The position numbers were made by a program, and so were the translations under genes. A stretch of DNA of 64,000 nucleotides from Paecilomyces variotii (taxonomy: Eukaryota), in assembly GCA_004022145.1 (NCBI GenBank), contig RCNU01000013.1. The stretch is one strand, 5' to 3'. The notes beneath the pieces are model-generated. The model was given only the letters and a program-made list of their open reading frames with translations. It ran no database searches and was not told where the DNA came from. Shown here in pieces: positions 37,820 to 48,400 of this stretch; within the stretch, counting starts at the first letter, position 1; each line of letters begins with the position of its first letter.

Positions 37820-39132
37820 ATGGCGTACATGGGCTCGCGTGGACCAGCACTGATTGTTGCCAGCCTGGTGCTGCTCGTCCTGGCCGCAACCGCTGTCATT
37901 CTTCGCATCATTTCTAGTCACATTCGCAAAAAGCCCTTCAAAGTCCATGACTATCTCGTTTTTCTATCACTGGTAGGTTTCCCAGGACGATTCCGGTCTC
38001 CAAATCGTTACTGACGCCTTGACGGTTGTAGTTCTGCTTGACAGGATATGTAATTGACGTTATCGTCGGTATGACTCTCCATCATGTTTTCTGGTAGTAG
38101 GCTTTGTTGACCATCCACAGGAGCTGTTGAGGGCGGGTATGGCGACCATGTCTCGGATATGCCGCTTGACAAGTTGACAGTTGCCCTCAAAGTAAGTCAT
38201 CATCTCGTGTATCACATTAGCCGGCTTACTTGCTGACATTTCAGATATTCTTTGTGTCAGAATGGCTCTGGGCGATCGCGGTGGCTACCTTCCGTTTGGC
38301 CATTATTGCGCTCTACGTTGAAATCTTCCAAATAACTACCTTCTACTGGGTCGCGATGGGGACCGGCACTGTAGTTTTCCTCTATTGGGTAGCCACCGTT
38401 TTTACCATCGCGCTTCTGTGCCGGCCTATTTCCTATAACTGGGACCGAACGATCCATGGTGTTTGTGGAGAGGTCGTCTTAACTGAATATGCATCAGCTG
38501 GGTTTAACATGGGAATCGACTTGTGGGTCGTCTCCTTGCCATTGCCCATGGTATGGCGCCTGCACATGGCAAACCGCAAGAAGTTGGGCGTCACGGGCAC
38601 CTTCGCGCTAGGAATTATGTACGTATTCTTTGCTGTCCTACTCGCACGATGGACCGTCTGGATTAATCCCAAGCGATACAGAACGGCGGGCATCAACCTT
38701 GGCCGGGCGATTCAGACCAAGGTCTGCCCTTCTGACGATCTCACGTATTGTGCGCGGGACAGCTCGATTCTTGTCATCGCCGAGATGACCGCGGGGATCC
38801 TTGTTGCTTGTGTTCCGACCTTTGGGTCAGTACTATTCCGACGCAAAAATGACAAGAGTTTACCGCGATACGACGACGCACCCCCAACCATTGGATCAAA
38901 ACGCCGCCGCGACCGACCTATTCCACCGGGCGAGTTCTCGTTTGACGACGATTTTGCGATCAAATCACCTGGGATGCAAGGCCCAAACAAGATAGGCCCA
39001 GGCGCGCACATTGAGCCGGGTAAGCCGGGAGGCGGGCGAGGTCCCTGTGAAATAGTCGTGACAAGGGACTTGGATGTCTCGAGCATAGACCTACAGCCGC
39101 TGACAATGGAAATCCCAAGAAGTTCAGTATAG
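37820..39132 (+). CDS. Pth11-like / fungal rhodopsin-domain integral membrane protein (no CFEM domain)
   Basis: Multiple TM helices, VILRIISS..HDYLVFLSL, GGYGDH, LLCRPISYNWD..GVC, FNMGIDLWVVSLPLPMVWRLHM..KK, AEMTAGILVACVP; 4 introns. Confidence 0.88.
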
Positions 39133-39969
39133 CGTGTAAAAATGGGAATGATTCTTTTTCTTTTTTTCTGTCTTTCTTTTTTTCACCCCTGCTCTTGTGT
39201 TGTATATACTATACTGTGCTGGTTCCAACAATCAGAGACAGATCCTGTCCCAGTCTGTAGCAATATGCGAATCTGATAGCAGTAGGCGCCGCCCATAATC
39301 GAGTCCACATCCTGGCTAGTTGGTCTTTGAGTCGTCTATATAGAGTATGGCCCATGCGTTGGATCAATTGTGTACTCGTCGAGACGAACTGACTGAGACT
39401 TCAGCGAGTGTGGGGGCCAATGACTCACATAGAGCAACCTGACGCTGTGATGTGTTTCTGTGGGTTTGATGACAGGAACTGTTTCTCCTCCATAATTCAG
39501 CCCCAAACTGTGTCTGCATGCGGAGTGAGATTTTGAATTTGAATCCCTGCTTAGTTTCTTGCCAGGTGGGCCAAGTGTCAGGACATCAGATCAGAACCCC
39601 TCACAAGCCTCGAGTGCTTCTGATAGTCACAGGAGCCACATGCATGGGGTGAAGTTCTTTGTCTGTATCCAGGCCATGCCCTTCTGCCTCGACAGATAGA
39701 CCTCCCGGTGCAAATCATTGACTATTGACCATTAATAACCATCGCACAAACCAGACGAACTCTAGTCTGCCCCTCCAAGGCTCGGTCCTTTGTTCTGAAC
39801 TAGTTCAAGGTCAGCGTTGCAGGAAGCAGGAAGGCGCAGGGACTGGGTGAATGAAACTCATATATTGAGCTCCCCTCCCCGCGCCAGTGTCTTTCTCCCT
39901 TGTCAGTGGCACACCTACATTCAGACCAGTCAAATCGAGTTGGTTGTCGACCGGTTGCTTGACATTATC

Positions 39970-40886
39970 ATGGACAGTTCTCTTGCGAATCTGGCTGTGG
40001 TCGTCTGCCATGGATCGTACCACACGCCTGCCCCCTATGAGGCCTTCCTCCAGGCAATAAGGGCCCGCGGCATCGAGGCCTACTGTCCGCAGCGTCCATC
40101 CAGCGACCTCAGCAAGCTCAATGTTGGCGATGTCAATAATCCCGATTTCGACCGGGGGCCTCCCGAGGGAGGCTATCCCACCGAAGCCGACGATGCAGAG
40201 GTTATCGTCGAACTTCTGAAAAAGTTGATCGACGAGGAGGGCAAATGGGTATTGCTAGTTGGCCACTCGTCTGGCGGCTGGGTGGCTACTGAGGCGGCCA
40301 AGCCAGAATTACAAGCAACCACTCGCAAAGCTGAAGGAAAACAAGGCGGCGTGGTTGGGATTTTCTATATGGGCGCGTTTATCATCCCCGTTGGAGAATC
40401 GGTGCATAGCTTCTTCCAACCCAAGGATCGCCCCGTCGTCGCTCCGCCATTCATGAGATTCCATGTGAGTCTCTGTTCCAGTGTCGTTCCTTTTTGATCA
40501 ATGCTAATGGTTCTGTGCGCTTATTGCAGAAGCACGGTCTTGATGGCCTGGGCACAGTCACAGATGCGCGCCAGTATTTTTTCAATGACCTTGACGAAGA
40601 GTCTGCAAAGAAATGGGCTGCAACCTTGACGGCGGGGGCTGTGATGCCTGTGCGCCTCACAAACAACGCCTATGCAACTGTTCCCTGCGCATACCTCGTT
40701 CTTGAGAAAGACCAGACTCTTTCCCCAGAATATCAGGAGGGCATGGTGGCCCTGCAGAACCAGAAAGGCACACCCCCCTTTACCATGTATTATGCACCAT
40801 CTGGTCACGCACCGTATCTCAGCTGGACGGAGGGACTCGTCGGTAAACTGGAAGAGTTTGCAAGAAAGGTTCTGCCATCCCAGTAG
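39970..40886 (+). CDS. Alpha/beta hydrolase (AB hydrolase_6-like)
   Basis: Oxyanion motif VVCHGSYHTP, nucleophile elbow VGHSSGG, candidate Asp (EKDQTL) and His (SGHAPYLS); one intron ~40465-40530. Confidence 0.9.
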
Positions 40887-41426
40887 AAATGCTTGAGTGT
40901 ATTTGTTAGCTGCATGTTCTCTGCAGAAATAAGACAGAATCTTAATCGGTCCGATATACACATCCACGACATCAAAGTAGCTAGAGAGGATTGACTCGGC
41001 TAGGATAGCAACATCGCTCCTTTGAGCGGCCAGGAGTAGATCGATCCCAGAGAAGCAGTAACCATAAGTTCGCTTTTTGTGCGCAAGCCACCCCTCGAGG
41101 CGAAAGAGAAACTGTCGCTACACCATTTCTTAGAGTTATATCTAGATCACTTCACTTTACACATCACCAGCAAGGACGACATAACAATGAAAACACTCTC
41201 TCTACACAACATCAAGCGGGGAAGTCTGAGATAAGAAAGGAAGCCCCACAGTATTAGAAATACAGACTGCGATAACCACGTGTAACTATGGCCTAAATTC
41301 AAAGCACATACATACATATACTGTATGTTTGAACGATATATAATTCTGAGGCTTCTCCCTCTTCTCAGCTAACTCACTCTGCCTGGTTTCCGGCTCTCTG
41401 CTTTTTCCAGCATCTCCGCTTCCGCC

Positions 41427-42485
41427 ATGCCCAACTTCGGGAAAATCAACGGCCCCGCCATCTTTGTGGCGCAATACCTCTCAGATGAAGCACCATTCAA
41501 TAGCCTAGACGGAATTGCTCAATGGGCAGCAAGTCTCGGATTCAAAGGAATACAGATCCCCGTCGACGACAGGTTGATTGATATCGAGAAAGCCGCAAAC
41601 GACCAGGCATACTGCAACGATTTGTTAGCCACACTCAAACACCACAACATCCAGTTGACAGAGCTATCCACACATCTTCAAGGGCAGCTGATCGCTGTTC
41701 ATCCGGCTTATGATATCCTATTCGATGGTTTTGCACCACAGGATGTCCGCGGAAACCCCCCGCGACGGGAAGAGTGGGCTCGAAAGATTCTCTTTTCAGC
41801 AGCCAAGGCTTCCAAAAACCTCGGATTGACAGCTCATGCCACATTCAGCGGATCACTCTTATGGCCATATATGTATCCCTGGCCACAGCGGCCGGAGGCA
41901 TTGGTTGAGAAAGGGTTCAGCGAACTTGCGGCTCGCTGGAAGCCGATCCTTGATGCGTTCGATGAAGCGGGCGTTGATCTCTGCTATGAAATCCACCCGG
42001 GAGAGGACCTCCATGATGGAGTCTCTTTCGAGCGATTCCTCGCAGCAGTTGGTGGGCATCGACGAGCCTGTATCCTTTACGACCCTAGCCATTTCGTACT
42101 GCAGCAGCTCGATTACCTTGGCTTTCTCGATTTGTATCACGACCGCATCAAAATCTTCCATGTCAAGGACGCAGAGTTTCTGCCAGACGCACGCCAAGGT
42201 GTCTATGGTGGATTCAGTTCCTGGACAGAACGAGCCGGTCGGTTCAGGGCTCTCGGAGATGGCCAGGTAGATTTCAGAGGCATTTTCACAAGACTGATAA
42301 AGAACAGCTATAGCGGATGGGCCGTTTTGGAGTCTGAATGTGCATTTAAGAACAAGATGACCTGCGCTGAAGAGGGGGCTAAGTTTATAGCAAGCCACAT
42401 ATTCCCTGTTGCGGAATCGAGCTTCGATGACTTTGCTGGATCGGAAATCAGTGATGACCAGGTTTCCAAGATATTGGGGATTTGA
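41427..42485 (+). CDS. Xylose isomerase-like TIM-barrel sugar phosphate isomerase/epimerase (bacterial-type)
   Basis: Intronless 352 aa; GPAIFVAQY..APFNSL, STHLQGQLIAVHPAYD, YPWPQRP, YEIHPGEDLHDG, YDPSHF, FHVKDAEF, GRFRALGDGQVDF metal-binding TIM-barrel motifs. Confidence 0.88.
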   Translation: MPNFGKINGPAIFVAQYLSDEAPFNSLDGIAQWAASLGFKGIQIPVDDRLIDIEKAANDQAYCNDLLATLKHHNIQLTELSTHLQGQLIAVHPAYDILFDGFAPQDVRGNPPRREEWARKILFSAAKASKNLGLTAHATFSGSLLWPYMYPWPQRPEALVEKGFSELAARWKPILDAFDEAGVDLCYEIHPGEDLHDGVSFERFLAAVGGHRRACILYDPSHFVLQQLDYLGFLDLYHDRIKIFHVKDAEFLPDARQGVYGGFSSWTERAGRFRALGDGQVDFRGIFTRLIKNSYSGWAVLESECAFKNKMTCAEEGAKFIASHIFPVAESSFDDFAGSEISDDQVSKILGI

Positions 42486-42751
42486 TATATTGTATATAGT
42501 GAGAGTCGACTCGCAGTTAATACAGGTATGTACGCTCTCCGAGGCTATCCTTCCGTGCGGGCAACCGAGGTCCGCGTACTCACATGGGGTAACAAGTAAC
42601 TCAATTGAGATCAACAACATTCACAGTCCTATAACTAAATGCTACAAGTTCAATACAGCTATCAATTTCAAACAAAAAAACTAAAGACGCGGTCGAAAAC
42701 AAGCCCGGATATTCAACTTATACCGAACGACATAGATTTTGAACCTCCAGA

Positions 42752-44938
42752 ATGTCCGCGTCGATCGTGAAGCGACCCGTGAGAATATGTGTTCGTCGAT
42801 GAACTCCCCTCTGTATTTCATTGCCACGACATTCTGACCATATTACGCTAGGGAGTAAGCGGCTCTGTGCTGGACCGGCGTCATGGATTCAAAATGGCAG
42901 CAGAAGCTGAAGAGCAAATTGATGTCATCATTGGTGACTGGATGTCTGAGGGGAATATGGTCTCTGCTGCTTTTCGCAAGTTGGGCCGAACAGGTAAGTA
43001 AATAGACCTACTGCAACTCCACAACTCGAGAAACGATGTTAACTGGTCCCCACAGACGACGGGCAGGGAGATCCTGGATATGAAAAGTCATTCCTACCAT
43101 CTATTGCGAGCTCCCTACCGACAATCGCCCGAAAGGGAATCAAGGTAGTTGTGAACGCTGGCGCTAGTGATCCAGAGGCTCTCTCCGTCGCAGTATCTGA
43201 GGTCGTTCAGAAACAAGGCCTGAGTCTCAACACAGCCTGGGTCACTGGGGACGAAGTTATCGACCAGATTCGCGATGGCCTGAGACGCGGAGAGCCGGTG
43301 CTCTACAGTCTCGAGACACATGAACCTCTCCGGTCCCTACCAGAGGACATCGTCTACGCCCAGGCTTACTTGGGAGCTGCTGGGATCTCCGAGGGGCTTC
43401 GTCAAGGTGCCGATATTGTCATTTGTGGCCGTGTCGCAGACGCCAGTCTTGTAGTAGGAGCGGCAAACTGGTGGCATGGATGGACGCGCGATCAGCATCA
43501 GCAACTCGCTTCTAGCCTTGTGGCCGGCCATCTGATCGAATGTTCCACTTACGTGACGGGGGGGAACTTCTCAGGCTTCAAGTCTGTTCCAGGTCTAGGA
43601 AACCTAGGCTTCCCCATCGCGGAAATCAGCCATGATGGAGATATCATCATCACTAAATTGGCAAAAACAGGGGGACACGTAACTACAGATACCGTCACGG
43701 CACAGCTTCTCTACGAGATCCAAGGCCCTCTGTATGAATACTTGCCCTAACAGAAGAAACATTCCCAATCCAATTTCTAACCTATGGAAAAAGCTACTTC
43801 AACTCAGACGTCACAGCCCGACTTGACAATATATCCCTAACACAACTCGGCCTCGATCAAGTCCGCGTCCAGGGAATTGGTGCCCTACCACCTCCACCAA
43901 CGACAAAGGTCGGCCTTACCGGGAAACGACGATACAAAGCCGAAATCCACTGGTCATTAGTTGGCCTAGACATTGCTGAAAAGGGAGAGCTGCTCAAAGC
44001 CAATATCTTGACCAGTCTAGGACAAGAAGCCATATCGCGTATCTCTCTGCTCAAGTTCGATACCTATGGCGTGTGTCCCGAAAACCCAGACTCACAGAAT
44101 GCGGCTACAGTCGATTTTAGAGTATTTGCACAAGCTGCGTCGAGAGAAGCTCTATCGCCAGAGTTCTTCTTGCAGCCAATACTGAATGTGATCATGTGCT
44201 CGTGAGTCCCGGCCCTTACTTACTTAGTCTATAGCATTCGAAGTCAATACTGATGAACTACATTCTAGATATCCCGGAGCAACAATGCAACCGGTATGAA
44301 CACACACACACACACACACCTCTCTAAACTAAACTAAACCCTTTCACTCATTCATCCCACAGACAATGCTAACATCTATCTCATTATCAAAGTCCCTCGC
44401 ATCCGCACTCCCCCAACCATACAGTGAATACCACGTTACACTCATCCCACAGAACAAACTAAACCACACAGTCCACATCAACGGACAACCACACCCTATC
44501 CCACCCCCTCCTCTCACACAAACCTACCCACCAGAACAAAAAAGCCACGACCCCCTCAACCCCCCCGACATAAGCAGCTTCGGCGAGACAATCCCAGGTC
44601 CAATCGGATGGATCGTCCACGCCCGCTCCGGCGATAAAGGCTCCAACGCCAACGTCGGCTTCTGGGCCCGAGACGACGAAGAATATACCTGGCTTTGTAG
44701 TTTTCTAACGGTTCGCCGGATCCAGGAGCTATTGGGAGCGGAGTATAAACCAGGGAGTCGAATTGAACGGGTTGAGTTTCCTGGCCTGCGCGGTGTTCAT
44801 TTCGTGTTAAATGGACATTTGGATCGTGGTGTGAATAGTACGAGTACATATGATATTTTGGGGAAGAATGTGGCTGAGTATTTGCGTGCGAGATATGTGC
44901 CGCTGCCGAAGAAGTTTTTGGTTAAAGGGAAGATTTGA
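42752..44938 (+). CDS. DUF1446 / acyclic terpene utilization AtuA-family protein
   Basis: RPVRICGVSGSVLDRRH, IGDWMSE, VVVNAG, AQAYLG, GADIVICGRVADAS, AGHLIECSTYVTGGNF, TVTAQLLYEIQGP, ARSGDKGSNANVGFW, DILGKNVAEYLR; about 5 introns. Confidence 0.9.
44300..44319. repeat. (AC)10 microsatellite inside a DUF1446 intron
   Basis: Read directly just after the GTATGA donor. Confidence 0.9.
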
Positions 44939-45422
44939 TGAAATCTTATCTATGTGTGCATGATTCGGCGAGCGGTAAATACTATCGAGGGGTGAAATGG
45001 CCGAAGAGAATGGGCATAGGGGTCAATATCATAGCAAATCCGTAGGGATGTCATGGTTAGAAGAATGGAACTCTCATTACTATTGACTTTTCCCTTATCA
45101 GCTCTGGTCTATCAATCTATATAAGACATGTCTGGCGGTGGCGAAAGTTCCGGTGATAAAGCCGGGAAGTATACTGGCCTCAAACAACGTCCCTGCTAGA
45201 GTTGGAAAAAGATTAGACATGAATCGACCAAGCGTCCGAGGGTGCGCCAATGGGCGGCTAGGAATAACAAGCTAAAAATCAAACAGCCTCCCAGAAATAG
45301 ACATTCAAAAAGGAAACGAAGAACGTCATGAAACTAAAAGGTCATCGTACCCGCACACAGACGCAGCAGGCGTAGACGCGTATAAACGATGGTACGGTAT
45401 ATTCAGGGAATATGCAGTGCAT

Positions 45423-48400
45423 CTAAGAATCATCAACAAGCCTCTTCTGATCCCAGGCCTTCTTTGCACCGTCCAGAAGGACATCCATGTTACCACTGTT
45501 TTCACACATGCCACGGAAGCTACCTCCTTCCTTGCTGATCAACGTCCACGGGTGATCGAACTCGACGACCTCACCATGGTCCAACACGAGTACTTTATCA
45601 TAATCAATGATCGTCTGTAGACGATGAGCGATGGTAATGATAGTGCTGTCCTTTAGTTCTCGAAGAGTTTCTTGAATCTTGGCATCGGTGGCATAATCGA
45701 TGGACGCTGTTGCTTCGTCCATCATCAAAATCCGCGGGTTCTTCAGAAGAGCTCGGGCCATGCAAAGCAGCTGACGCTGGCCTTGAGAGAGGTTAGAACC
45801 AGACTCTGACACCGGGGTCTCCAGGTTGCGGAATATGTTCTTATTGTCTTGAAACACAGCAGCAGTACCGTCACTTCCGTTGGGTGTAGGAGAGGCGGTC
45901 TCGGCCTCGGACAAATTGCTGGTCGTCGGTGTTGCTGACCCTGATGTATCAGAGCCGAGCAGGTGCACCCGGCGTAACGCCGTGAGAATCTGCTCGTCCG
46001 TGAACAGACCGAAGGGATCAAGATTGCTACGGATGGTTCCCGTGAAAAGAGTGGGATCTTGAGGGACAATGGTGATTGCCTCGCGCAGATCCTGCAGGCC
46101 GATCTTCCCAATATCCACATCATCGATGATAATTTGCCCTTTCTCGGCTTCAAGACCGCGGAAAAGAGCAAGAGCAAGAGAACTCTTACCAGCGCCAGTG
46201 CGACCAACGATCCCCACCTTTTCGCCTGCCTGGACCGTGAAAGTGACGTTTTTGAGCACCGGGTCAAGGTCTGGTCTGTACCGCGTAGTGTAGTCAATGA
46301 ACTGCAGAGAACCCCTAGTCGGCCAGCCAGGTGGTGGACGGGAGTCAGGAATGACCGCGTCTGCCTCTTGGTCCACCTCGAGGTATTCCTTAACACGTTC
46401 AACCGAGTTCATGTTCTGCTGAGCTTCTGCATAAAGTCGGACGAGCCAAAGTATATTCTCCGTGAAGGTAACGGCGTATGTCAGTGACAGACCAGCCGCT
46501 CCTGCGTCAATCTTGCCGACACTCAGGATCACAAATGTCGCTGAGAAGAAAGAGACCAGGGCACCTGTCATGTCAACGCGGTATGCGAGCCAACGGTTGC
46601 AAGCCCATAGATACAGGTGAGGACGATTGTATGAATTTATACGGCGATGGTTGTCCAGAATGAAACGTTGTTCATCCCCGTATGCACGAATAGTGACAAT
46701 TCCATGCAGAGTCTCGCCAAACTGTTGGTACAGAGGGCTCCGTTGCACCGATTCAAGTCTCTTCAAATCCCGGGAGGAGTTTAAGTAGACCGCTCCAAGC
46801 GCTGCATATACCATAGTGATAAAGATGCCTGCTATCAGAAACCCCGGCGTGATGACGGAAATGAGGATCACAATCATGATCACTGAGGCCATGCAGTGAA
46901 GCATGCCGATTGCGACAGGGGCGACCTCCTGATCCACGGCCTCCACGTCCTTTGAAAATCGATTCATCAGTTGGCCCAAGGGTGTAGAATCGAAGAATCG
47001 GAACTTAGCGTGAAGAACAGCCTTGAGGAGACGCCCATGTATCTTCCACGATGCATGCAACGAACCCCAGAACAGGACGGCCTCCCTAGTCATGGAGATG
47101 ATCACGTATGCGATACCCAGAAGTGCATAGACCCCAAGGTAGTACGAGACGTTAACATTGCCATCAGTTGAGCCGTTAGAATTCATATTGAGCTGGTGTG
47201 CACCCCATGACGTTGTTCGTGGCACACTCCCAGAGATGAAAGACGGGAACTTGAAGTTCGCAACGGCGGCATATGTGCCAGCAGCATCCGGCTCGGCCTT
47301 CTCATTGTGGTACGCGTTCGCCCACTGTCTGATCCAGATATTGGTGGACACAGAGCCGAGCTGCTGGGCACAGAAGACGGCGACAGCGATAATCCAGAAA
47401 TACCAGGGGCCCATGGAGTCAAGATACATCTTAATTGTTGACATCTTGACACTGCCAACAGCCTTCGACTCCGTCAAAGCAGACTTTCCTGCCTTCGATG
47501 CTGAGCCATTTGCTGTACCATCTGCATCACCATTCGGTTCGTGTTCACCATTGGCATGCTCTAACTGCTCCTCAAGATTGGACGGGACCCGCGATGACAG
47601 ATGAGAGCCGCCTCTTGAAGTTGGCCTTGACTTGAGAAGGTCTTCTCCGAGAGCTCCGGAGGCTGCCACTTCATCCGGTGGACCCTGCACCGAGATTCTG
47701 CCGTTATCAAGAACAACAACATGATCAGCTTGGGGGGCAGTCAAGGCAACATTGTGCGTAACGAGCACGCAAGTCCGGTTGAACATCAGTGGCCCCATTA
47801 TTGCCTCCTGGAATATGTGTTTAGCGGTGTGAGAGTCGACAGCACTCAGACAATCGTCTAGAAGAAGGTGCCTGGCTCTACTATACATGGCACGAGCTAA
47901 TGATATCCTCTGCTTCTGTCCGCCAGAGAGACTGATTCCCTTCTCACCGACGAGCGTCTGGTCTCCAGCATCTAGAATAGAAAGATCACGTTCGAGGGCA
48001 CATGCTTTGATCACAGAATTGTAGCGTCGCTTGTCGAAAGGTGACGCGAAAACAATGTTCTCTTTAATAGTGTCATTGACCAACCACGGTTCCTGAGCAC
48101 AATACGCAACACTCTCTGTGAGCAATGTCTCGGGGTCTAACGGGATCTCTGCGCGACTGCGACCACCACCTGGCAGATAGACCTTTCCTTCGATGAGATT
48201 CATCTCTCCCAACAGAGCCATCAGTAGTGATGTCTTCCCTGATCCAGTTGGGCCCGCAATCACGTTGAGCTTTCCAATTTGGAAAGAAACATCCAGGTTG
48301 ATCAAACGGAAAGAGTCTGCGATGTTCTCACCCGAGCGGTCATGGGAGTCTTTCTTCGGAGCGGCCCAGGTTAGCGTGGCTCGTTCCAAGGCGATCTTAG

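Noticed and set aside
41859-42620. 253-aa minus-strand ORF
   Set aside because: Antisense to the xylose-isomerase-like gene; no motif.
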